DNA of 63,118 nucleotides, filler included, from Circinaria calcarea (taxonomy: Eukaryota), in NCBI GenBank assembly GCA_051942165.1. It is 7 parts of 7 records of this genome, joined end to end, with 100 filler letters (N's around TTAATTAATTAA, not from the genome) between each part and the next. Parts side by side here need not be neighbours in the genome. Positions count along the whole stretch, not along the records: positions 45,191 to 54,105 come from JAVECS010001021.1; positions 54,206 to 63,118 come from JAVECS010001022.1; 5 more parts are not named here. One strand, written 5' to 3'. The notes beneath the pieces were generated by a model. It was not told where the DNA came from, searched no databases, and saw only the letters and a program-made list of their open reading frames with translations. Position numbers and translations under genes: made by a program. Below, piece by piece: positions 51,927 through 63,118 of this stretch; position 1 is the stretch's first letter; each line of letters begins with the position of its first letter.

Positions 51927-52962
51927 GGGAATTGGCAATCATCAGCTATCCATCTGCAGGAGCTTAGGAGGAGGAATCTCGGAAGGACTTTGAGCAAGAT
52001 TGCGTGCTGTGGCAAAGCTAAGAGTGTACTGGAGAACTAGGGATACAGCCTTCGCTTATAGCATCCCGTGGTACTGCCACCGAATTGATATGGACCAGCA
52101 TTTTCTGGGGGTCCTAAGAGGAAATGATTGTGGAGAAGGACAACTGTCAGAGTGTTTTCAGCGTGGTTTGTACTACAGCGTCAGGCATAACAGGCCTTAG
52201 CGAATTTTTGACAACTTTTACAGCTTAACCAGACTGCGCTTAGACTTCTCAGATAGTAGAAGTATACTCAGGACCATGTGCCTATAACAATCCTCTGCTT
52301 TCTTGCATTCTTACATAGTTGCAATTGAGGCTCCTAGTGGTACGAAAAACACCACACTAGAGTCTGTTTTACCTAGTACCGCAGTAATAAATGCCTTCCC
52401 AATCTCTGTGAAGAGAACCTCGGAAGCTCGTGCGGATTTACATTGATCCTTTATCACACGAAGATCGGACAGGGAGTCGTGGTGTTCCATAGCATAAGCC
52501 ACGGCGTAAGCGCCGTAACATGTACCGCCAATCAGTACCTATTTCGCCCCAATCTTCAATGTAAACAGAATATGCAGTGGTTGATATTTCTCCCGTAAGG
52601 CGAAACATCTTTGCCACTGTGGCTTGAAGAGGCCGAGTGGCAAGTGGATGCGAGAGGGTTTTCACGAAGTAATAGATTCCAGATAAACCGAGTAGAAAGA
52701 TATAGTAACCGGCGCCGTCACATTGCCAAACACTATGTAAATGCGATTAGATTCCGATTATCCCGTTCTCTTCCCGTTCCCGTCTGGGCGGAGTACGCGG
52801 ACAAGCCTTACCAGCCTTGCCAGCTACCTTTACTAACTTTTAGTGCTTATCCGTATCTTTGACACTTCGTTGAGGCGTCAATAGATATGCAGGAGCAGTC
52901 GCCTGCTTTAGTCTCCTCGATCCACCTTATCTCTGCGTGATCATTTTAGCGGTGTAGGTAGG

Positions 52963-52990
52963 GTATGTATGTATGTATGTATGTATGTAT
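52963..52990. repeat. (GTAT)7 microsatellite
   Basis: Seven perfect units. Confidence 0.9.
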
Positions 52991-53354
52991 GCGGTGTGGT
53001 ACGTATGGTGGTGCGGGGATGCAACCAACCACAGATTTTGTCCAAAGGCTTTCCTCCTCAGTCTACAGGAGGAGGATGAAACACTTATGCAGCATTTCCG
53101 GTTCTTGATCATCTGCACTATCTGTTTGTTAATTACAGTACGCCAAGCTACCATGTATAACCTTTCTTCAAGAAGTTAACTCTCACGTGCGCCGTGTTGC
53201 GGGGAGAAGGCATTTCCCATTTCTTCCTCGGAACACTGCCTTCCTTTGCCTTTTACCATACCAGACTTAATAGCTACTTCCTATCTCATTTGACAGCAGA
53301 CTTAATCGCTACATTCTTGGGCTATTCGGCCAGCTTTTCTGCACTGCGTTCATT

Positions 53355-54105
53355 ATGTCCGTCGAGAAACAACTATCCTCAGGACCAACTCAAGTGGTTG
53401 ATGGGAATCGCGCTGCTTATGGCGAACTCGGCCATGAAGATTCCGTGGATGAAGTTATGGCTCCCTCCTCTAGATCCATTTATCTAACTGGTCTGAGGCT
53501 GGCCGTCATAATTTCAGTTGTAATCTTCGGTCTCTATCTCTTGGTTTACAGCGCAGCCGTGGACAATACCATTATTGCGACGGCCATACCTCGCATCACA
53601 GACGACTTCCACGCTTGGCAGGATGTTGGATGGTATAGCTCAGCGTATCTATTGACCACTTGTGCTTTTCAACTCTTCTATGGAAAGCTCTACTCGCGCT
53701 TCAATACCAACACCGTTTTGATAGCTACCTATTTCGTCTTCGATGTTGGCATCTTTACGCCTTGGCTTGCCCCAAATTCCACCGCTTTGATTGTCGGGGT
53801 ATATTACAACTAATCACCATATAGCACTTGCAAGTTTTGCTGAAGAGTAATTACAGAGAGCTATAGCCGGACTAGGAGCTGCTGGCATGTTCTCGGCAAT
53901 ATGGATACTCATCGCACGCTCATCTTCAGTCCACAACCGGCCAGCGTACACAGGCATAGCAGGGGCGATGTATGGACTTGCCTCAGTCGTAGGACCTTTG
54001 CTTGGAGGAGCATTCACCGACTACGTGACATGGCGGCTGGTACTTGCCACTTAACGGATTCTAATTACTTATGCTAATTCTTTCAAACAAACAGGTGTTT
54101 CTACA
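53355..54105 (+). CDS. DHA2-type MFS efflux pump, 5' part truncated
   Basis: [63 protein letters not shown]. Confidence 0.85.
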
Positions 54106-54205
54106 NNNNNNNNNNNNNNNNNNNNNNNNNNNNNNNNNNNNNNNNNNNNTTAATTAATTAANNNNNNNNNNNNNNNNNNNNNNNNNNNNNNNNNNNNNNN
54201 NNNNN
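54106..54205. other. Artificial contig linker
   Basis: N44-TTAATTAATTAA-N44. Confidence 0.97.
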
Positions 54206-54966
54206 CCCTTTCCGACATCCCTCCCCTCTCAACTTACATCACCACATCTCCCGATGAGAAAGTAGCAGCGCTGAAGCTGATTGCGGACTCGATTGCTCAA
54301 CAGCGTCAACTCGCCTCCCAAGCCGTGATATACCACCCGATCTCCATCGGTATCGCCATAGCCATCATCGCAATCATGGGCCAATACTTCTATACCGGCC
54401 CCTCCTCCCTCGCCTTAATCGGCACAACCTCCTTCGGGATCATCATGACCCTCTTGATCAGCGTCCGCTGGCTCGCGGGCCCGTACCTCGAGCTCGCGGA
54501 GAAGATCGGCTGGAAATGGCTGGGGGAGTCGGAGGTCTTGGTTACGAAATTCGGGGAGGGCATAATTGGGACCGTGGTGTTCGAGGTTAAGCGCGAAGGG
54601 AGGAAGAGGAAGAAAGGGGTGTTGAGGGCTTGGACGGTCCGAATGAGAGAGCGGGGGAGGGGTGTGGGCAGAGGGTTATTGGAGGAGGTGGTCAGGGTTC
54701 TGATGGCGGAAAAGGGGTGTGAGGGGGTGGTGTGGGAGGAGGGAAATCCATGTACGTTTTCTTTCCCCTTCCTTCCTTTGAGTGGTCGAATTGGGGAACT
54801 GCCGGGGGATATCTACTAATGATTGTGATTTTGCATAGACTTGGATAGAGTGCTACCGGCAATATTTAACGGGGGATTCGAAAGGAAAGAGGAAAAAGCA
54901 CAACGGCTGTTGGAGGAACTCGAGGAAGCCCAACTGTCTCGCGGGAAGAAGAGACGATCTAGCTAG
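54206..54966 (+). CDS. Membrane-associated GNAT-fold acetyltransferase, start lost in the gap
   Basis: ALKLIADSIAQQRQLAS; two hydrophobic helices; RAWTVRMRERGRGVGRGLLEE motif A; intron 54752-54838. Confidence 0.75.
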
Positions 54967-55560
54967 CTAGCTAGCTAGTTTTGACAGCCGCGATATACTG
55001 CAAAAATATGAGTTCCGTCTGGTGATTTCAATTGTCCTTGTGTCGAGTCATGCAACCGCAGAAACAACAACCTCAACCATAGATAGCCGAAATTTTGACG
55101 GAATATCGACGCCCTCTACCCCCCCCCCACCTACGGTGCCATTATGATCTAGAAAGAAATATCTTGTCCCACATTTATGGCCATTAGATATCATAAGCAC
55201 CATTTTTCCATCCCACTATGTCCATGCACATTTTCGCATCTATTCCCGACCATTGAGCCATTTTCAAAAATCGGGGCACAGGGGTATCATAAAAGTCAAG
55301 CCAATCCCCCCCTCCCAAACAGCCACCCACCGCTGAAATGCTAGCACGTAAAGAGGAAAACAACCGTGAGTCGAGACCGGAGATCGTAATTCGTGAAAAA
55401 TTACCGACTTTTCGAGGAGGATTGTCCATTTCGGTAACGGAGGAGATTGGAAAGGGGGGAGACAGAAACCGAAAATTTTGAAGTGGATGATGGGTTGGAG
55501 GAAAGAAGGGAGAAGTGGCTGCTTGCAGAGAATTGGCGAGAGGATGTTGGTGGTGGCGGG

Positions 55561-56763
55561 CTAGCGTCTTTTTGATCTTTCGATATAAGTGTCCTTATCG
55601 AATCCTGCTACTGTTAAATATTGAGGGTTAAGGTAAGGGGGAGACTTGGTCGTACCGTATATAGGTTTCCCTTGCTATGTTGGGAGAGGATGTTAGTGGA
55701 GATGCGGTGGATGAGAGGGTTGGAGTGCCGCAGATCGGAATGAGGAATGAGAGGAGGCGGGAGAACTTACGCGTTTGAGGGCGAAGATGACCTAGGAGTG
55801 TTAGAGATTTCGTTGTGGACGTCTATGAGCGGATTCACTCACATCTGTAACCGTGACAGCTGTCAACAGGAAGAATCTTATCAGTTGCTACGTCCTCGAC
55901 GAAGGGATACTTGCATGCGAATACGTACTTTTCCGATTGGTGTACTCAACGTATGTAGCGCAATCTTGGAGAATCTGGTGTTTGTCAGTATAAGCGGGAT
56001 ATAGTGATTGGAGTACAAATAATCATGGCACCTACTTCTTTTAGCCTATCCACCATCGCCTTCCTTGTCTCTTCGTATATTGGCAATGAGATACGCTTTA
56101 CTCCGCCACGGCGGGCTAGGCGACTGATTCAGATTAGTTGGAAGAATGGCATTCGTCATGGTAGAGGAAGAAAGGATGGATGAATCGGCAATGTTGACAT
56201 CTCGCAGAAGAGCGCAATGTAGTGATGGGACGGTGTATGACTTGTGATGGGGCAGTGAATTGAGATGGTTCTCAAAGTCATACTCCTCTAATGGAGTTCG
56301 TATAACCCTAACTGAGTGCCGGGTAGAACCGTAGTACTTACCGAATGTCACCTTTGGCTGTCGTGAGAAGAATTGGTTAGATTCAGACTCTGCTCCATCG
56401 AAGACGCAATGTCCACTCACTGATGCCACGGACATTATCACGAAGGATTTTTCTAGAAAAGAGTCAGTATCGTGACGAGCATTTGTAGCCATTGGAGGAC
56501 ATGTTCAAGCAGATGTAGAAATATCCTTTTCGCTAGTGACTGTAGGACTAATTGGACAACCGGGAGGCGGTTTGCAGCCACTATAACTAGTTCACTGATA
56601 CGAACCATGGCAGCAACGATAGTTGAACTGCGACGGATCTCGAAAGAACTTACCGATGACGCCTGCTGCCTCCTTTCCCCAGCCCTTTACCACCCACTCC
56701 CTCTTTGCCTTTGCCTTTTCCACCGAAAGTCACTCCCAGCCCTGGAATTCCTGGACGCGCCAT
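55561..56763 (-). CDS. Histone H4 variant (ascomycete H4v/H4E type), 9 exons, 130 aa
   Basis: Exons 56763-56654, 56452-56421, 56357-56342, 56123-56036, 55974-55929, 55859-55843, 55791-55771, 55674-55656 and 55604-55561, all with GT-AG introns. They splice to [130 protein letters not shown]. Confidence 0.9.
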
Positions 56764-57671
56764 TGTTGACAAAGAATGCTAGGCGTGTCAGGAGTTTTGA
56801 TGCAAACGAGTTCGAATCTCGGAACTCAGTGTCGTCGAGTTGCTCTAGCACACGAACCTGGATAATGATTAGGGTTGTACAATGTGCTACCTTATTTCGC
56901 GTGACCGGGTGATCGCGTCAATAAGGTCCAACTTTAGCATCTTAGGTTACGCGGGTCGCGGTTGCTCATTTCCCCGGCTTATGGTACCACTTCATTCGAA
57001 TTCTGACGACCGCTTCACCTCGACAAGGCATATTGCCCGGCTAATCCAACTATAGCCACAGATAAGTCTTGCTGGAGACCACTCCCTTAGCTCCAAATAT
57101 AGACGATCTAAGGGCAAAGATTCGATCAAACTCACCTGAACTCAGCGAGCCGCTCTCGTGGTCCCGGGGAGCTGGACCACCCGCCAAACGCCGCGGTGGT
57201 GCATGAGCTTAGCATCATGTTGGATACATCTATAGAATACCCTGATCAATCGGAAGAGTCTCTCAGAACACAGCCGTTGGTGGCGTTTGACTGATTGAGG
57301 GAACATTGCTCGAGGCATTGCCTGTACTTCGATATGTCTCAGCGGCAGTGGCTATCCGAATGTACGAGAGTATTCTGTTGCCGGTTGAATGGAGGTTTTC
57401 TTTCTCCCGAATATAGATCCCGTTTGACACACTTAGGCTGACACTGATCGGGCGGGGCGGCTTATGAAACGCAACTCACATGGGCGACCAATGGTGATCT
57501 GGAATATTTCGCTTTGTATTTGGTTTTCCTTTGTAGCTGCAGGAAGAGGGTACTCCCTGGTTTCAGATATATCCTGTAAATGGCGTACGGGTGCACAGTC
57601 ACAGACGTACTTTTTGTGGCGAAGTCGCAAGGCATTGTTCTGGGCAAAATGTGCATTGAATTTATCACTCT

Positions 57672-57801
57672 TCACTGTTTTTACATAAATATCGTGAGAT
57701 CTTACACGATTCAAATTCAATTCTTCTAACATTCAACATCGGGAGACTTACCACGACTCAACCATCACTGTTTGACCATAACTATCCAGACCTTACCACG
57801 G
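57672..57801 (+). repeat. Degenerate ~45-bp tandem repeat, 3 copies
   Basis: Recurring TCACTGTTT..CATAA.TATC..AGA(C)CTTA(C)CACG units just upstream of the GTPase ORF. Confidence 0.5.
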
Positions 57802-57823
57802 TTATTAAGCCGTTGGAGAGACT

Positions 57824-60562
57824 ATGGCCGAGCCACAAAAACAGCGGGCTAATACCTGTTCCCAACTTCGCAAGGAGCTGAGTAATTCATCACAAACGGA
57901 AAGCATAGAGTGGTCTTTTTCAAATATCTCACTCACAGCGGAACCAAACCAGGCGTCTTCCTCATATAATGTTGAACTCGAAACAATGCCCGAAGAGCCT
58001 TTCTATCACCTTGCATTCCAAGCAACTCTAAAGAGAGGCATCGCCCTTGCGCATGACATGGTTCAGGCCCTTGAGAAGTGCAAGTCAGCATCAGAACCCC
58101 AACCCGACCTAAGTAGACTGTTAGAGGATGCTAGGGATCTAAGCAGTTTCCAAGGCTCTGATACGAGGACAATTGCTATCTTGGGAGATTCTGGAGAAGG
58201 TAAGTCAAATCCAAGCTTCAACCATTAACAGAATAGCTTACTATGAATAGGAAAGAGTAGTTTGATAAATTCTCTGCTACACTGTCCAGGTATCGCTAAG
58301 ACAGTCGGTATCCTTTGGCTCTTTGATTGTATGCCTACTAATTGGCTATCAGGGGGCTATTGGAAGTGCCTGTACATCGGTCGTCACAGAATATCAACAG
58401 AAGACCTCCCACCACAAGGCCCCTATCGAGATTGAGGTGGAGTACCTCCCCAAACCTCAGATCGACGAGTTCGTAAAGGAGCTGGTATGGAGCTATCGTC
58501 AGCTTCAACTTCCAGACATACAGGACATATCCAACGCTGAGGAATACAAACGTTATCGATCCGAGTCTGAAATTGCCATATCAACCCTCGAGGCGGCTTT
58601 CGGACATAGACGAGAGTTCGACGCACTAATGAGTGACAATGGTGAGGGAGCGTCGGAAAGGATTACAAAGAAACTTCTGGATTGGACCGAAGACCTCGAG
58701 TTGCCTGAAGGAGACGGTACGGTGTGGAAGTCATCTGCAGAAACAGCGGAAGAGTGCTGTGATAAAACAGAAAAATTCATGGGGGACCGACTTTGGCCAT
58801 TCACAAAGGTTATCCGGTGAGATTGATCTGCTCTTGCGCATTCTCACTGAGGAGCAAAACTAAATGCAGCCAAAGTGTCTACCTTGATGCGCACGTACTA
58901 AAGACGGGAATTGTCCTTGCAGATTTACCGGGTATGTACTATAAGCCGAGTTATCCATTGCATAGGATTTGCTAAAAGCAATGAGCAGGATTGCACGACA
59001 CTAATCTCGCCAGAGTAAAGGCGGCCGAAGACTACCTCTTGAAGTGCGATCATATATTCATTGTTGCTAAGATCGCCCGAGCCATTACCGACCAATCCTT
59101 AAAATCATCAATCTACTCCGTAATGGAACGACATGCACCTCTTGAGTGGGAGAACTCTGCTGGCAAATATTTGAATCTGGCCGTAGTTTGCACTAGGTCA
59201 GAGGACATCAAGGTAAAAACACATCGAAAGGACTTCTGTGGACCTGGCAAGAGAATCAGTGAGGCTGTAATGAACGAGCTTGACCGTGAAATACAACAGG
59301 CGAATGGTGCCAACAACAGACACCTCAAGAAAGCCCTCAAGCGTAAACAAGAGCTTCTCCTAATAGAGGCACGGAATGCTCGTGTCAAGGAAGGTCTCCA
59401 GCGTGCATACTCGGCCAAAATTCCAGGCGGCAATTTGGAAGTCTTCTGCGTTTCTAATTCAGCATATGAGAAGTATTCAAGAAAAGGTAATACGGAATAT
59501 GTTAATGGAAGCGGCATCCCACAGCTCCGCAACTTCTGCTATACTGTCGCGGCAAATGCGCAATTCCTCGAAGCAAAACATTTCTTACAATCGAGTTTAT
59601 CAAGTCTAGTGAACTCTGTCAAGTCATGGGTAGAGAACTTTCGAGGACGGCCAGGTGCTGCAAGTTACCAGGAGATGGAGGAGCTATCGGGGGCCCTCGA
59701 TAACTTATGTGCGGGGATGGCGAGCATTATCAACGACACCAAAACCAGTTCAGCGGAAACCTTTCAAGAACAGTTATGTCTGCTGATGGATAATCGGAAC
59801 GAGCCATGGGAACAGGCTGCCAAGGTACAAAGTTCAAGCTGGACGGGGTGGCACTGGACCCAATATAATGCATGGTGTATTAACAACGGCACTCACTCTA
59901 CAAAAGGGCGTCCCCTTACCCGCTGGAATTCGCTACTCATTTGGAAGATGAGACAGGAGGAAGATTTCCCGTGGACTTTGATCGAAGAAGAGATCCCTGG
60001 ATACTTCAAAACGCTTGAAGAATCATTCCGAGAGGAAACGTCAAAAGTTAGAACAATCGCCAGTCAATACGGGAACGCCCCAACATTTAGTCAGGGGATT
60101 GCACTAAGGATTGAGGATTTGAAGTATATCCTTGCTGTTATCCAACGGAATTTTCTCAAAGAGTTTACTGTTATCCGTCGTAATGCGTCCGACGACAACC
60201 GTAACTCTTATGTTTTACGAGCAATGCTGCCATCCTACCGATCTGCCTCTCAAGAGTATGGCAGTGGCAAAATGGCGCGCCAGCACGAGACAATACGATG
60301 TCGAATCGCCAATGGAAACCTATTCCCGATCATTTCCTTTTCCATCCAACAGGACATGACCGCGTTGATCGATAAGACATTCAAAGACATACAGGAGAAA
60401 GTTCAAGGAGTGCTAAACCTTATTCGCGCAGATCTCGAGATTGTGTTCAGTCAAATGGCTGCTGTCAAAGATGAAGCAAAGGAAGAGCTAGCAAGCCGGG
60501 TTGGGTACTTCGAGGAGGAGCTCGAGAATGTGTTGGGGAGGATCCCTACGTCGTCGATCTGA
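57824..60562 (+). CDS. Dynamin-like large GTPase (SLIP-GC/NUGGC-like, DUF7605-type), multi-exon; start uncertain
   Basis: G1 GDSGEGKSSLINSLL (spliced), G2 ACTSVVTEY, WPFTKVI, G3 LADLPGLHD.N.AR, G4-like VCTRSEDI, SGIPQLR; long helical C-terminus. Confidence 0.85.
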
Positions 60563-61198
60563 GCGCGTGCAGGTTTTTGGTGTATACGGGCGTTAACCAA
60601 GGATAGTGTAGCAAATTATAGGTCAGCAGGCTGTTTAATGTACAAATCTCATTACGCATACAGGAAAACCCCAGGCATAGTTGACGGTGTTCACATGAGT
60701 ATCGAGATTCAGCATATAAAAGTGGTCTATCCGCGGGCGCTCTTACCTTGGCCAATCAAAGATTTGTTTTTTCCAAGCACTTCATCTCACTAAACCTTAA
60801 ACAGAATGCCGAGGTTCGCCGGGAGCGCGCAACCTTGAAAATTCAATGCCAGAGATTCGAGAAATACATCGAAGTTTAACGATGGTCTGTAAAAACCTCA
60901 TTTAGGCAGTTCCTAGGCCGGACCGGAGGTCGGAACTGGGAAGGCACCGAAGAAACCTTACCATAGCTTAGACGCGATAGCCCCCGATAATCGCGGTAGA
61001 CATCCTTATCTGCCTTTAGCCCTTTGGTATCATGTTCATGTCTCCGATAAGGCACCAAGCAATGTTTTATGAAGGACGCTTACTTTGGAGCTGAAAATTT
61101 GGACATTGATTGATGGCTGAGAGAAATTGAAGCGTTGCCGTCATCCCTTTCAATAAGTTCTATGATCTCTTCGCACTTGGAGAGCTCAGACTCCCAGA

Positions 61199-62725
61199 AT
61201 GGCGGCTGTTCCCCAAACCTCCACGCCGAATGTGTTAGGGATTGAGACGAACGGTTACAGGACTAGCGTTCATACCAATCCTGCTTCTACTACGATGGCA
61301 TCATATGAATTCCCAAGACATAAGCTTAAAAGAGTACTTCGAGATTCAAGCAAGGTCAGGCTGCTCTTCTGATTTTCGATTGCTTCCCGAACGCTTATTA
61401 GTAGTCCTAGATTCCTTTAGTGCTTGTTGCTTGCGTATGTGCTTCCCTTGGCTCTGAACCAAAGGCAGTGCTCAGTCTTTGCTCACAATTTGCAAGGGGA
61501 GCTTCTCACCAATCACATTGCTCCACTTACGGTATCATCCTATCTCAGCGTCTTCATCGTCCAAGCTAAGAGTCTTTTATAGCATGTTTAACATTGCTGC
61601 CGACTATGCCCGCCTAACTTCCGAGTATGAAGTGGTGGGAGGGTATGTGCCCACTTCATTACAGCTATCAACTCCATGGCATCTGACAGGGTAGGTACCT
61701 TTCACCCGTCGGCGATGCCTATAAGAAGGCCGGTGTGTTGCCGTCGTATATCCAGAAAACCTTGTATCGCTGACTGCATCTCGAAGGCCTTGCTCCCGCC
61801 AAACATCGCTTGGCAATGTGTGACCTGGCCGTTACAACGCCCTCGAATTGGCTCATGGTTGATCATTGGGAAGGTCTTCACAAGGAATACCTGGTCAGTA
61901 TTTCAACGTCCGTTACAATATATTGCGCTAAACCCGTATGAAGCCAACAGCACAGGTACTCGACCACTTTGATGAGGAATTAAATCGAGACGGCGGGATC
62001 GAATGCTCAATAGGAGGACGCAAGCCAATTACATGTGCCTTGCTTGCCGGCTCGGATCTTCTGGCTACGATGGCGGTATAGATTTGTCTTCACCTCTCAA
62101 GATTATTGTTACTTAATTTTGCCAGATACCCGGTGTCTGGTCTGATGAAGTAAGTATATCAGTACTCTAAGACCAGATGCCGAATAGCTCATTACTCTAC
62201 GAAGGATCTCGACCATATCCTCGAACATCATGGAGCTTGGATTATCGAACGTACGGGTACAGGTCAGTGTAGAGAGTTATCACCATTTCAAAGAACGTCA
62301 CTCAATCTTGGTGAATACAGATATCGACGACTCACTCGAAGCACTGAAAAAGTATCGGTCCAAAATCCGCGTAGTGGATCAGTTGGTTCAGAATGACGTT
62401 TCATCCACCAAGGTACTAATCCATTATTATGAGAGTCCTCTCTCTTCCCGAATACCCTGAGTAACCAGAATAATCAGGTCCGGATGCTAATCAAACGAGA
62501 CATGTCAATCCAATACCTAGTCCCTGATCCTGTAAGTCCAACCCCCTATCAACCCCAACGGTACTACCCATCTACCATCCCTCACATACAAGCACATTCA
62601 CTAAACAAAGTAACACTCGGCAGATTATTCCCTACATCACCGCCCACTCCCTCTACGCACAGGACGGGCCCCCTTCCCCGAGTCAGGGAAGGAGTAGGTT
62701 GGAAAGGGGGATTGATGTGCAATAG
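61199..62725 (+). CDS. NMA1: Nicotinamide/nicotinate mononucleotide adenylyltransferase (NMNAT), 12 exons
   Basis: Spliced LVLVACGSFSPITLLHLRMF, GGYLSPVGDAYKKAGL..KHRLAMC, WLMVDHWE, LLAGSDLL, PGVWS..DLDHIL and NDVSSTKVRMLIKRDMSIQYLVPD. Confidence 0.92.
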
Positions 62726-63118
62726 GCGGTGCTGTCTGCCAGATTGATATTAGTATACTTATTAGAAGGGGAAAGGGAGTAGATGAAGGTGTTTGATATA
62801 TAGAGGTACATTTATCTTTTTGGGCTAAGGTTGATTATTACTTGATACACAAGATATACAAGATATACAACGAAGTTAACCCACAGAACATCCCTCCTCT
62901 CTCCATCTTCACATTCCACAATAACCCCGCTTCCCACTTTCCAGCATCTTCCGTCACGTCCTCGAAACCCACCCTACACTTGATCCAGGTTCCATACCAT
63001 ACCCCCTTCTACCTGTTGTACCTCACCTCCAAACCTCGAGGGGTTATTCTAATTCCCTTTCGTACATCCATCTTCCCACTGTTCTCCCTCCTCTGCTAAT
63101 CCCCCCCCCTTTCCTACC

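Noticed and set aside
56046..56912. Track ORFs 56046-56492 (-) and 56472-56912 (+)
   Set aside because: They overlap the introns and exons of the H4 variant gene and are spurious.
1..63118. tRNA, rRNA, telomeric repeats or CRISPR arrays
   Set aside because: No cloverleaf around GGTTCGA-like hits, no TTAGGG arrays and no repeat-spacer structure found by eye.

Overview
Intron-containing filamentous ascomycete (Pezizomycotina) DNA. It is not one locus. Seven unrelated contigs (8954, 8948, 8942, 8923, 8923, 8915 and 8913 bp, in descending length order) are joined by 100-bp N-TTAATTAATTAA-N linkers, so gene neighbourhoods only mean something inside a segment. Recognisable genes: SRR1-domain protein, BIM1/X325-like GPI copper protein, Zn2Cys6 TF (partial), a head-to-head NACHT-like/AAA+ ATPase pair among RIP-like TE relics, LDB17, RRP14/SURF6 (partial), two MFS transporters, UstYa/DUF3328 oxidase (partial), RIB3, glutaminase A, COQ3 (partial), a HeLo-like-N/ankyrin protein, a GNAT, a dynamin-like GTPase and a 12-exon NMNAT. 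A 9-exon histone H4 variant gene, absent from the ORF track, was reconstructed by hand. Also present: two solo LTRs of one family (one with a perfect 5-bp TSD), a TA-flanked MITE and two pseudogenes. No tRNA, rRNA or CRISPR array was seen. All family calls come from motif recognition, not database searches.
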